From the NCBI GenBank assembly GCA_035454885.1, contig DATIGE010000056.1:9290-73289 (forward strand): a stretch of 64,000 nucleotides of DNA, given 5' to 3'. Shown here in pieces: positions 24,269 to 32,906 of the stretch. Positions within the stretch are counted from its first letter, which is position 1, and the number at the start of each line of letters is the position of its first letter. The notes under the pieces are model-generated. The model was not told the origin of the DNA, did not search any database, and saw nothing but the letters and a program-made list of their open reading frames with translations. The position numbers were made by a program, and so were the translations under genes. The stretch comes from a bacterium (GTDB taxonomy: Bacteria > UBA10199 > JACPAL01 > GCA-016699445).

Positions 24269-26431
24269 TCAGATAAACAGATTATCCGGCACGTTCTGCT
24301 GGGGCGCGGCGCCCTTGCGGGGGGAGGCCTTGACGATCTCCGCCTCCTTGGCGAGGGCGTCCTTGAGGAAGGTCCTGCCGAGTTCGATCCACTCCTTGGC
24401 CGTCGATTCGGAGGCCGGCTTCTTTCTCAAGCCCTCGACGTTTTCTCGGAAATCCCTCCATTGCGGAAGGATCCCCGTCTTGACGAAGTGGTTCTCGAAC
24501 TCGTGGATGCTCTCGGAATCGACGAAGGGCTGGACGAGCCTGTGGAAGAGCAGGCCGTTCGCCATCTTGGCCAGTGCCTCGTAGGCCTTGTGACCCGCGG
24601 AATCGTACTGGCCGTGGCCTAAGTGGGCCTCGGCCATCTGAAGCAGGGGCTCGCCGTCGCGGACGTTCGGGACGACGTCCGCCACCACCGCCCCGGCGCA
24701 CTCGCCGATGACGCCCTTCTGGAGGGCGAATTCCTGCTTGTCCTCCCAGTCGGTGTAGAGGTCCGGGCGCTCCTGGAACGTGTGGGCCTTCAGCAGGTCG
24801 GGCTCTTGCGTGAGGAGATTGATGACACCCTCCTTGCCCAGCTTGCCATAGAAGTCGTTGAACGCCTCGCCCGGCTTCCGGTTGTCCGCGTAATGCGAGA
24901 CCAGGCGGATCACCGCGTCGGGAACGTTTTTGGACGGGATCTGGGTCGTCAGCTGCGCCACCACCATGTCGCGTCCGGGATTGCCGCCGATGAAGAGCAT
25001 GAAGGCGGGCATCGTCTTGCCATCCATGGGGAACGCCCCGCCGTGGAGGCCGATGTTCGCGATGTGATGCTGGCCGCAGGAGTTGGGGCAGCCGCTGATC
25101 TTGATCACGACATCCCTGGCGACCGCGGACACCTTTCCGTCCTCCGCGTAGAGACGCCTTTCCAACTCGCGCGCCAGTCCCATGGACGACGAGATGCCCA
25201 GACGGCAGGTGTCGGTGCCCGGGCAGGCCAGCACGTCGTAGATCGTCTGGGGATCGGTCTTCGCGAACCCGATCTTTTTCAATTCCTCGTAAAGCGCGGG
25301 CAGGTCCTGGTCGCGCACCCAGCGGATCAGGAAGTTCTGGTGGACGAAGTTCCGGCACTTGCCGCCGGCATAGCGGCGCAGGATGTCCGAGAAGGCGCGC
25401 ATTTGGCGGGGATTCATGTCGCCGGTGGTGAGGCGGATCTCCGCCATCGAGTAACCCTTCTGCTTCTGGGGCGTCACGTTGGTCTTTTTCCAGGCGAGGA
25501 ATTCCGCTGATTCCGAGGCTTTCGGGATCTTCTTGTCGTCCACGACCGGGGGCTTCTCTTCCCAATCCGAAAGGTGTTTGAGGTAGTCGTTCCAGGCCGG
25601 GTCGACCCTGATCGACGTCCTCTCCTTCGTCACCTCGTCCTTGAATTTCTCAAACCCCCACTTGTCGATCAGGAACTTGATCCGGGCCTTGGAGCGGATC
25701 TTCCGCTCGCCGTGCCGGTCGAAGACCTGCAGGACGGCGTGCGTCCAGGGGATCAACTCCTCCACCGGAAGAAACTCGTGCAGGACCTTGGCGATGCGCG
25801 GGCTGGAACCCAAACCTCCGCCCACGAAGACCTTCCAGCCCCTTGTCCCATTCTCGATCTTCGCCACCACGCCCAGGTCGTGCAGCATCGGCAGCGCCGT
25901 GATACGCCCGCCGCCGTCGAAGGCGATCTTGAACTTGCGCGGAAGGTTCTGGTTAATCGGGTTCCTCAGGAGATGATAGGCGACCCCGCGCGCATAGGGT
26001 GTCACGTCAAAGACTTCGTCCGGATCAACGCCCGCGCCGGGGGAACATGTCACGTTCCGGACCGTGTTGCCGCAGGCCTCTCGGGTCGTGAGCCCCACGG
26101 CCGCGAGCTTGCGCATGAGCATCGGGGTGTTCTCGAGCTTCACGTAATGGATCTGGATGTCCTGGCGCGTCGTCAGGTGGCCGTTGTCGTGTGCGATGGT
26201 CTCGGCCAACTCCGCGATGCAATCGATCTGCTCGGCCGTCAACATTCCCAGGGGGATCTTGATCCGGATCATCTGCACGTTGTCTTGGCGCTGGCCGTAA
26301 ACCCCGTGCTGCAGACGGAAGCGCTGGAAGGTATCCTGGGTGATCTCGCCCGCCCGAAACTTCTTGACCATGGCTTCGTAGCGGTCGATTTCTTCAATAA
26401 TTTCAGGATCGATAGTCGGCGGCGTCGTCAT
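24269..26431 (-). CDS. ferredoxin-type sulfite/nitrite reductase hemoprotein (siroheme-[4Fe-4S], NirA/Sir family) with a ~150-aa C-terminal extension
   Basis: 720 aa. Two nitrite/sulfite-reductase ferredoxin-like half-domains are present, and the cluster/siroheme Cys motifs CPGTDTCRLG and CPNSCGQHH are intact. Confidence 0.85.
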   Translation of the reverse strand: MTTPPTIDPEIIEEIDRYEAMVKKFRAGEITQDTFQRFRLQHGVYGQRQDNVQMIRIKIPLGMLTAEQIDCIAELAETIAHDNGHLTTRQDIQIHYVKLENTPMLMRKLAAVGLTTREACGNTVRNVTCSPGAGVDPDEVFDVTPYARGVAYHLLRNPINQNLPRKFKIAFDGGGRITALPMLHDLGVVAKIENGTRGWKVFVGGGLGSSPRIAKVLHEFLPVEELIPWTHAVLQVFDRHGERKIRSKARIKFLIDKWGFEKFKDEVTKERTSIRVDPAWNDYLKHLSDWEEKPPVVDDKKIPKASESAEFLAWKKTNVTPQKQKGYSMAEIRLTTGDMNPRQMRAFSDILRRYAGGKCRNFVHQNFLIRWVRDQDLPALYEELKKIGFAKTDPQTIYDVLACPGTDTCRLGISSSMGLARELERRLYAEDGKVSAVARDVVIKISGCPNSCGQHHIANIGLHGGAFPMDGKTMPAFMLFIGGNPGRDMVVAQLTTQIPSKNVPDAVIRLVSHYADNRKPGEAFNDFYGKLGKEGVINLLTQEPDLLKAHTFQERPDLYTDWEDKQEFALQKGVIGECAGAVVADVVPNVRDGEPLLQMAEAHLGHGQYDSAGHKAYEALAKMANGLLFHRLVQPFVDSESIHEFENHFVKTGILPQWRDFRENVEGLRKKPASESTAKEWIELGRTFLKDALAKEAEIVKASPRKGAAPQQNVPDNLFI

Positions 26432-26483
26432 AGTGCTTTCATATTCCTGGAAATGATCCGGGAGGTCAAGTAGGGGCGATCAA

Positions 26484-26513
26484 TTGACATATCTCAAGGA
26501 ATCACCTTATTTT
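26484..26513 (+). promoter_or_regulatory. possible sigma-70 promoter (TTGACA-N18-TATTTT) placing the TSS at ATG 26520
   Basis: TTGACA is at 26484-26489 and TATTTT at 26508-26513. ATG 26520 begins 7 nt after the -10. Sequence match only. Confidence 0.3.
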
Positions 26514-26519
26514 GCCCTC

Positions 26520-27695
26520 ATGCCGAACTTCCAAGAGCTGATCAAGAAGGTCAAATCCGAGATCCGGGAGATCCGGCCGGACGAGGCCGCGAAAAAGACC
26601 AAGGACCCCAACGTGGTCTTCGTCGACGTCCGCGAGCCCGACGAATGGGAGGGGGGCGTCGTGCCGGGCGCCGTCACCATCCCCCGGGGTCTGCTCGAGC
26701 TCCAGATCGAGGACGAGGTCCCGGACCGGAACCGCGAGATCGTCTGCTACTGCGCCGGCGGCGTCCGCTCGGCCTTGGCCGCCAAGGCCTTGAACCACTT
26801 GGGCTACGGAAAGGTGTCCTCGATGACCGGCGGCTTCAACGGCTGGAAGGACGCCGGACTGCCGATCCAACAAAAGAAGATGCTGACCCCCGCGCAGTCC
26901 TCGCGCTACGCCCGGCACATCCTCCTCCCGGAGGTGCGCGAAGAGGGCCAGTTGAAGCTCCTGGAATCGCGGATCCTCCTGATCGGCGCCGGGGGCCTCG
27001 GCTGCCCGACCGCGATCTATCTCGCGGCCGCGGGCGTGGGCACGATCGGCATCATCGACTATGACTCCGTCGACCTTTCCAACCTCCAACGCCAGATCCT
27101 GCACAGCGAGCAGGAGGTGGGGAATCCCAAGGCGGAATCGGCGGCGCGGCGGCTGAAGGGCATCAATTCGGAGATCAAGATCGTCCCGATTCTGGAGCGG
27201 CTCTCGCGCGACAACGTCATGAAGATCATCGCGGATTACGACATCGTCGTGAACGGCTGCGACAATTTCCCGACGCGCTATTTGATCAACGACGCCTGCG
27301 TCTTCGCCAAGAAACCCTTGGTCGACGGCAGCATCTTCCGGTTCGAGGGCCAGGTGGCCATCTTCCATGCCGCCGCCGGAGGCCCCTGCTACCGCTGTCT
27401 CTATCCCGAGCCGCCGCCTCCGGAAATGGCGCCGTCCTGCGCCGAGGCCGGGGTCTTGGGCGTGCTGCCGGGGATCATCGGCTCGATTCAAGCCGTCGAG
27501 GCCATCAAGCTCGTCTTGGGAACGGGGGACACGCTCATCGGACGTCTCCTCATGTATGACGCGCTCTCGCAGAGGTTCCGCGAGATGAAGATCCGCCGCG
27601 ACCCCGGCTGCCCGGTGTGCGGCGACAAGCCGACGATCAAAGAGTTGATTGACTACGAATGGTTTTGCAGTCAACCTTCGCCGACCGGGCGATGA
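26520..27695 (+). CDS. rhodanese-domain / MoeB-ThiF-type adenylyltransferase fusion (E1-like sulfur-carrier activating enzyme)
   Basis: N-terminal rhodanese domain with active-site loop CYCAGGVRS, then a ThiF/MoeB fold (LLIGAGGLGCP, DxDxVDLSNLQRQ) with Zn-site pairs CYRC and CPVC. The start is uncertain: ATG 26520 is used here, and the ORF track gives TTG 26484. Confidence 0.85.
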   Translation: MPNFQELIKKVKSEIREIRPDEAAKKTKDPNVVFVDVREPDEWEGGVVPGAVTIPRGLLELQIEDEVPDRNREIVCYCAGGVRSALAAKALNHLGYGKVSSMTGGFNGWKDAGLPIQQKKMLTPAQSSRYARHILLPEVREEGQLKLLESRILLIGAGGLGCPTAIYLAAAGVGTIGIIDYDSVDLSNLQRQILHSEQEVGNPKAESAARRLKGINSEIKIVPILERLSRDNVMKIIADYDIVVNGCDNFPTRYLINDACVFAKKPLVDGSIFRFEGQVAIFHAAAGGPCYRCLYPEPPPPEMAPSCAEAGVLGVLPGIIGSIQAVEAIKLVLGTGDTLIGRLLMYDALSQRFREMKIRRDPGCPVCGDKPTIKELIDYEWFCSQPSPTGR

Positions 27696-27734
27696 CGAGC
27701 ATCGCCCCTACACACAATTAAAAGGAGAAATTTT

Positions 27735-28319
27735 ATGATCCAAGTCGGACAAAAAGCCCCCGAATTCAAGGCGGATGCGGCCCTGGGCAACGACGAATTC
27801 AAGTCGATTTCCTTGGCCGACTACAAGGGCAAATGGCTCGTCCTCTTCTTCTACCCGCTCGACTTCACCTTCGTCTGCCCGACGGAAATCAACGCGTTTT
27901 CCGACGAGATCGACAAGTTCAAGAAGGTGGGCGCCGAGGTCTTGGGCGTCTCGGTCGACAGCAAGTTCTCCCACAACGCCTGGGCGAAGACGCCGCGCAA
28001 GGAAGGCGGCATCCAGGGCCTCAAGTATCCCCTGCTCGCCGACATCAACAAGCAGATCGCGAACGACTACGGCGTCCTGCTCCCCGGCGGCATCGCGCTC
28101 CGCGGCCTCTTCGTGATCGATCCGGACGGGGTCCTTCAGTACCAGACGGTCAACTTCCTCAACTTCGGCCGGTCAACCGAGGAGACGCTCCGGGTGATCC
28201 AGGCCATGCAGATGGCCAAGACCTCCGGAGAGGTCTGCCCCGCCAACTGGAAGCCGGGCGACAAGACGATGAAGCCCGACCTCGTCAAATCCAAGGAATA
28301 TTTTGCGTCGGTGAAATAG
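27735..28319 (+). CDS. typical 2-Cys peroxiredoxin (AhpC/TsaA family)
   Basis: AAAGGAG RBS. Peroxidatic motif FYPLDFTFVCPTE and resolving-Cys motif GEVCPANW. Confidence 0.9.
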   Translation: MIQVGQKAPEFKADAALGNDEFKSISLADYKGKWLVLFFYPLDFTFVCPTEINAFSDEIDKFKKVGAEVLGVSVDSKFSHNAWAKTPRKEGGIQGLKYPLLADINKQIANDYGVLLPGGIALRGLFVIDPDGVLQYQTVNFLNFGRSTEETLRVIQAMQMAKTSGEVCPANWKPGDKTMKPDLVKSKEYFASVK

Positions 28320-28322
28320 CAC

Positions 28323-28973
28323 CTACGGAATCACGTCAAAATCCGCATAGGTCCTGACCTTGAGCGTCGGGTTGTGCAGCTTCTCGTAGCCGATCGTCGT
28401 CACCGGCTTGGTGCCGTAGTCGTGGCCCGGGTAGACCTTGGTCGACGGATCCAGCGCTTTGAGCTTCGAGAGGCTCTGGAAAAGCACCTTGGGATCGCCC
28501 CCGGGCAGGTCCGATCGCCCGCAATTCCCCTGAAAAAGCGTATCCCCGGTGAACAGATGCGGGATCAGGTCGCCCGGCGCCTTGACGAGATAACATGCCG
28601 ATCCCGGCGTGTGACCGGGCGTGCTCAAGGCGGTCACGATCAGGTTTCCGACCTTCAGTTCCTGTCCGTCGGTCAGGGAGATCAGCCTTCCCGTCCCCTT
28701 CTGGAGGGGCCGGTCATCGTCCTTGTGGATGTACACCTCGGCGCCGGTGGCCGCGACCACGGCCTCGACCCCTTCGATGTGATCGAAGTGGTTGTGGGTG
28801 AGGAGGATCTTCGTGATCCGGAACCCCTCCACCTTGGCGATGTTGAGAAGCCGGTCGACCTCCCAGGCCGGGTCCACGTAGGCGCACTCGTGCGTCGAGG
28901 GGTCGCCGATCAGGTAGTTGAAGTTCTGCATCAGGCCGGTCTCGACCTGTTTAATGTACAGCGGGGCTTCCAT
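28323..28973 (-). CDS. MBL-fold metallo-hydrolase (glyoxalase II-like)
   Basis: THNHFDHIEG (HxHxDH), a later TPGHTPGS and a C-terminal GHDYG. Confidence 0.8.
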   Translation of the reverse strand: MEAPLYIKQVETGLMQNFNYLIGDPSTHECAYVDPAWEVDRLLNIAKVEGFRITKILLTHNHFDHIEGVEAVVAATGAEVYIHKDDDRPLQKGTGRLISLTDGQELKVGNLIVTALSTPGHTPGSACYLVKAPGDLIPHLFTGDTLFQGNCGRSDLPGGDPKVLFQSLSKLKALDPSTKVYPGHDYGTKPVTTIGYEKLHNPTLKVRTYADFDVIP

Positions 28974-29457
28974 AAATAATCGGCATCATTTTGAGCCCGA
29001 AGTAGATGGTCACGGCTAGGAGGATCAGATTGTAGGCCGCCATCTTCTTAATCGCGTTCGCCAGCCTCTCCTGCCGCTCAAGCGTACCCTCGATCACCCC
29101 ATTGGCCATTCGTTGCAGCTTGAGCCCCATCCCGAAGCATTGGCCGCCGGCAATGAGGAAGATGAGCGTGGTGAGCCCGAACTTCCACAAGAGGACGTGG
29201 CCGACCGACGAATAGTAGAATTGGCCGAAGCCGATCTTGAGGTCGGTCAGCCGCATGGCCCCGGACATGAAGACGGTGCAGATGCCCAAGAGGAAGATGG
29301 GATGGTAATACTGAATCGCCGCCGCCAGCGTCTTCATGCGCTGGGCCCGGTCCTCGATCGACTTGAGCGAGGGGAACATCGCGCCAACGAGAAAGAGGCT
29401 GCTCCCCAGGCTTATGGCCACGCCCGTCACGTGAAGCCAGCTCAAGACGTGGATCAC
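28951..29457 (-). CDS. hypothetical integral membrane protein (~168 aa, 4-5 predicted helices)
   Basis: The start is set at GTG 29457, which overlaps the upstream stop as GTGA. The track's 212-aa version adds an Arg/His/Pro-rich N-extension that overlaps the neighbouring gene. The body is hydrophobic (VIHVLSWLHVTGVAISLGSSLFLVGAMF...). Confidence 0.55.
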   Translation of the reverse strand: MIHVLSWLHVTGVAISLGSSLFLVGAMFPSLKSIEDRAQRMKTLAAAIQYYHPIFLLGICTVFMSGAMRLTDLKIGFGQFYYSSVGHVLLWKFGLTTLIFLIAGGQCFGMGLKLQRMANGVIEGTLERQERLANAIKKMAAYNLILLAVTIYFGLKMMPIIYGSPAVH

Positions 29458-29747
29458 TGCCCGTCCTCCATGGGACCCTTCGCGTCGAGGCGGCGGATCA
29501 GGTCGTGCATGATCCCGTGCATCTTGAAAATGAACATGAGGCAGAGGGTGAGCGTCAGCGCCACGATCCCGATGCTCGCGAACGACCAATAAAGGTGGGA
29601 GACGAAGAATTTCTGGCCGTGCGCGGCCACGAGGCCCGCGCGCATCGTGAGCGCCAGGGTCAGAAGGGAGAGGAACGAAAGGGTCAGGGCGATGGCGCGC
29701 ATAATGACTTTGCCCGAGGAGTTAGGACACCCCCCGGGCAAAGTCAA
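29454..29747 (-). CDS. hypothetical small membrane protein (2-3 helices)
   Basis: Hydrophobic segments MRAIALTLSFLSLLTLALT and WSFASIGIVALTLTLCLMFIF. The start is uncertain (an internal ATG at about 29702 is possible). Confidence 0.5.
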   Translation of the reverse strand: MTLPGGCPNSSGKVIMRAIALTLSFLSLLTLALTMRAGLVAAHGQKFFVSHLYWSFASIGIVALTLTLCLMFIFKMHGIMHDLIRRLDAKGPMEDGQ

Positions 29748-29759
29748 CTTGGGCTCGTA

Positions 29760-30089
29760 TTATTGTGCCAGGAACGCCTGGAATCCCATCTTGTTCACCT
29801 CAACCGCCACATCCTCCTTCCTCACCTTCGTCGGATCGATCTCGACCTTGCATTTGCCTCCGACGTGGTCGCATTCGGTCGAGAGGATGCCCAACCGGCC
29901 CTTGAGACCCTTTTGGATCTTCTCGGCGTCGAGGCTGTTCTTCATCCCCTGGACGTCGAAAAGGACTTTTTGGGATCTGTCCGGCTGGCTTCCGGAGGCG
30001 TCAAGGGCCGGAGAGGCGAGAACGGCCGAGAAGATGCCGACGAAGAAGACCCCTCCCCTCAGGATCGATTCGAATATCGAGCGTTTCAT
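29760..30089 (-). CDS. hypothetical exported protein, possibly a Cys-less HMA-like fold
   Basis: N-terminal hydrophobic signal/anchor. VLFDVQGMKNSLDAEKIQKGLKG resembles the beta-alpha start of heavy-metal-associated domains but lacks the CxxC pair. Weak call. Confidence 0.45.
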   Translation of the reverse strand: MKRSIFESILRGGVFFVGIFSAVLASPALDASGSQPDRSQKVLFDVQGMKNSLDAEKIQKGLKGRLGILSTECDHVGGKCKVEIDPTKVRKEDVAVEVNKMGFQAFLAQ

Positions 30090-30159
30090 AAAGCACCTCC
30101 CGGGTCATCCCCTAGCCCGCTTCCCGCGGGACAGCTCTCGCTACGGCTCGTAGCGGAAG

Positions 30160-30660
30160 CTAGAAGAAGTAGTAACGAACACCAATGCCTCCGGTCAGAT
30201 CGAACTCGGTCTCCGGGGCCACCTTGACGCCCGGGCCCAGCTCCAAGAATACCTCGACCGGATGATTCACCCACTGGACGGCGAGACCGACGGGCACGCG
30301 GATCGCGGCCTCCGTCCGGTCGTCGTCGCCCGCGTTGATCGCGACCTTGCCGCCGCCCCCCACGTAAAACGGAAGCGTGATGACGTTCGTATCGACGGGA
30401 ATATCCAGAATTTCGAAGGTCGCGTCGCCGATGATCGTCAGGGCGTCATCGATGAACGACCAGGCGAAAATGCCGTCCAAGGCCCAGCGTTGGGTCAAAT
30501 ATCCCTTGAGCGTGAAACCGGTCGGTTCGCCCAGGTGAAGACCCACGCCGAACCTCTTGCCCTTGGGCCCGTAGGCCGACGGCGACTTGGCCTGCAGGGC
30601 CGGCGCCGCGCAGACCGTCAGAAGGACCGCAAGGAAAGAAGAGAGAAGGATCCTTTTCAT
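30160..30660 (-). CDS. small outer-membrane beta-barrel protein
   Basis: Signal peptide MKRILLSSFLAVLLTVCAAPALQA, alternating-hydrophobicity strands and a terminal aromatic signature ...GIGVRYYFF. Confidence 0.65.
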   Translation of the reverse strand: MKRILLSSFLAVLLTVCAAPALQAKSPSAYGPKGKRFGVGLHLGEPTGFTLKGYLTQRWALDGIFAWSFIDDALTIIGDATFEILDIPVDTNVITLPFYVGGGGKVAINAGDDDRTEAAIRVPVGLAVQWVNHPVEVFLELGPGVKVAPETEFDLTGGIGVRYYFF

Positions 30661-31577
30661 AACGCCTCCAGATGAAAGTCAGCAGTCACCGTCTCCTCCC
30701 CGCCGACATCGACGCGGGCCGTCGCGTCCTGATAGCCCTCCTCCGAGGCCGTGACGTCATAGGAACCCGGGGCCACGCAAAGCTCGTAGTTCCCCTCCGT
30801 GTCCGTTTCCTCCGAACTCTCGACCTCAGCGTCCTCGGCGGAATGAGCCGTGACGGTAGCGCCGGCCAGGGCCGAATCGTCCGCTGCCTTGGTCACCCGG
30901 CCGCTGATAAAGGAGTCGGCGTCCGGACCTCCGACCGTCGCGTGAAGGACCGGCTTGAAAAGGATCTTTCCGTTTCCGGTAAAGACCAGGGAATGAGCCA
31001 GGTCGATCCTCACGACGATATGGAGTTCCCCGTTTTCACTGACGACTGCGTTTTCACCCTGAAGTTTGATCTTGAGACCCGAGGTATAGGCGCTCGGGAA
31101 TTTGACGTCCTGCTCCTCTCCGCTCGCGAACCGGATGAAATTCCCTTCCGCCATCAGGACCAGCCTGATCTCGGACACGCTCCGGCCCGCCGGCAACGTG
31201 ATCTCCCCCAATCTTTCGAAAATACAATTCCGGAGATCGAGAAGATTGACGGTCTTTCCTTCCTCGAAGGAGGCCACGGTGACCCATCCCCCTTCGTCCT
31301 CCTCGCCATCATCCGCCTCATCGGCATCGCCTTCTTCATCGGCGTCCTCGCCGTCCAAATGCACCTTCACGCTTTCAATCGTGACGAAAACCCCTTCGAC
31401 CGTTTGAAGATCGACCTCGGGGGAGGACGTGTTCAAGGCGGCCGCCGAGCCCCCCCCTGAACCGCCGGAATTTGAGGAAAGGCTCACAGAAAGCCGGCCT
31501 TCTCCGCCCGCTCCATCGCAGCCCCAAAGGCCAAATGCCGCCATGACCAAGAATAGAGAAACAATGAACGTCTTCAT
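30657..31577 (-). CDS. lipoprotein with an acidic linker and a C-terminal carboxypeptidase-regulatory-like (CarboxypepD_reg) beta-sandwich; possibly DUF4382-like
   Basis: Lipobox FGLWGC after a signal peptide. Asp/Glu-rich stretch DGEDADEEGDADEADDGEEDEGG. The C-terminal GRVT..ATVTA....TDTEGNYEL.VAPGSYDVTAS.EGY pattern is typical of CarboxypepD_reg domains. Confidence 0.6.
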   Translation of the reverse strand: MKTFIVSLFLVMAAFGLWGCDGAGGEGRLSVSLSSNSGGSGGGSAAALNTSSPEVDLQTVEGVFVTIESVKVHLDGEDADEEGDADEADDGEEDEGGWVTVASFEEGKTVNLLDLRNCIFERLGEITLPAGRSVSEIRLVLMAEGNFIRFASGEEQDVKFPSAYTSGLKIKLQGENAVVSENGELHIVVRIDLAHSLVFTGNGKILFKPVLHATVGGPDADSFISGRVTKAADDSALAGATVTAHSAEDAEVESSEETDTEGNYELCVAPGSYDVTASEEGYQDATARVDVGGEETVTADFHLEAL

Positions 31578-31682
31578 AAATCATCCTCCTCGTTCCCTTT
31601 GCACAGCGTTACATGACCCGGATCGTCTGGACCATCGCCATGAAATCCGGCACCTCCTTGAAGTCATCCGTGTTTTTGATTC

Positions 31683-32159
31683 CTAAGGCCCGAAATAGAA
31701 TTCATTCCGCGTCAGGATCCCGTCCTTGTCGCGGTCGAGCTTCCGGAAAAAGTGCATGCGATCCCTCCATTCGCTCCGTGTCAGGACTCCGTTGCGGTCG
31801 GCATCCTGCTCTGCGAACCGGTCGACGCCGATCTGGACGTAGGAATCCAGTTCCCGTTCGCTCAACACGCCGTCCACGTTGGCGTCCAGGCGGGTGAAGT
31901 CCGCCGGCTTGCCCTTCCATTCGAGGCGCGAGACGACACCGTTTCCGTCGAGGTCATCGGCCAGGGACCGGTTCGGGGATTGCGACAGGACGTCGTCGAC
32001 GGACGGCGCGCGGCTTTCCTCCGGATGCGGGGTGGCGACGTAGTCCGGCTTTTTGACCGTACCGCGGTCCTTCTCATCGCCGGAGACCGGACCCGACAGA
32101 AAGGACAGCGCGGCGACGACCAGAAGGACAAGAATCACAACAGATGGGTTGCGCGACAT
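31683..32159 (-). CDS. exported EF-hand calcium-binding protein (four EF-hand loops)
   Basis: N-terminal hydrophobic anchor/signal. Loops DLDGNGVVSRLE, DANVDGVLSERE, DADRNGVLTRSE and DRDKDGILTRNE all fit DxDxDGxIxxxE. Confidence 0.8.
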   Translation of the reverse strand: MSRNPSVVILVLLVVAALSFLSGPVSGDEKDRGTVKKPDYVATPHPEESRAPSVDDVLSQSPNRSLADDLDGNGVVSRLEWKGKPADFTRLDANVDGVLSERELDSYVQIGVDRFAEQDADRNGVLTRSEWRDRMHFFRKLDRDKDGILTRNEFYFGP

Positions 32160-32191
32160 AAAGCCTCCTTCCCCCGATGATGGGTCCCAGG

Positions 32192-32878
32192 TTACGGGTT
32201 GGTGACAACCACGTCCTGGATATGCAACTCGATGCGGCGGTTCAGGGCCCGTCCGGGGTCCGCGAAGGCGTCCTCCTCGGGGGTATCGCCGCCGTCATCA
32301 ACGGGCTCGTTCACCGCGATCGGCTCGGATTCGCCGCGGCCCTCGGCCGACAGGCGGCTCGCCGGAATGCCGTTCTGGATGAACCAATTCATCACCGATT
32401 GTGCCCGTCTTTCGGAGAGCCGTTGGTTGTACTCGTCCGTGCCGCGCTCGTCGGTGTGGCCGACGACCAGCACGCGGACGTTCTGGGCTTGAAGCTCCGG
32501 TAGATTGCTTCTCAAAACCGGCTCGGCGTCGGGACGGATGTCCGCCTTGTCGAAGTCGAAATTGACGCCCTTCAAGACGATAATCCGCGGCTTCGGCGGC
32601 GGAACCGGCTTGCCGACGTGGTACCAGCGCTGCTTCTTGCTGTAGGCCGGGCGATCGTGGTCCCACGCGTCGGGCCGGTTCTTCTCCGTCAGGTAATACC
32701 AACGGGCACACCGGGCGTCTTCGGATGGAGCCTGATCCCGGCAGGCGGCGGGGGGCTCGTCCTGCACCGGCACGAACGTGGCGTCCTCCCCGGCAAGGAC
32801 CCCGGGGATCGTCAAAAGGCCGAGAGGGCCGGCCAACATGAGATGAATCACGGTTTTTTTCAGTATCTTGAGGAACAT
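32192..32878 (-). CDS. OmpA-family peptidoglycan-binding protein
   Basis: The start is set at ATG 32878 (GGAAGGAGGGG RBS), giving signal peptide MFLKILKKTVIHLMLAGPLGLLTIPGVLA. The C-terminal OmpA_C-like domain reads NFDFDKADIRP...VVGHTDERGTDEYNQRLSERRA. The track's start at 32923 overlaps the sigma-54 promoter. Confidence 0.85.
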   Translation of the reverse strand: MFLKILKKTVIHLMLAGPLGLLTIPGVLAGEDATFVPVQDEPPAACRDQAPSEDARCARWYYLTEKNRPDAWDHDRPAYSKKQRWYHVGKPVPPPKPRIIVLKGVNFDFDKADIRPDAEPVLRSNLPELQAQNVRVLVVGHTDERGTDEYNQRLSERRAQSVMNWFIQNGIPASRLSAEGRGESEPIAVNEPVDDGGDTPEEDAFADPGRALNRRIELHIQDVVVTNP

Positions 32879-32906
32879 AAGCCCCTCCTTCCACGTGCAA
32901 AGGGAT

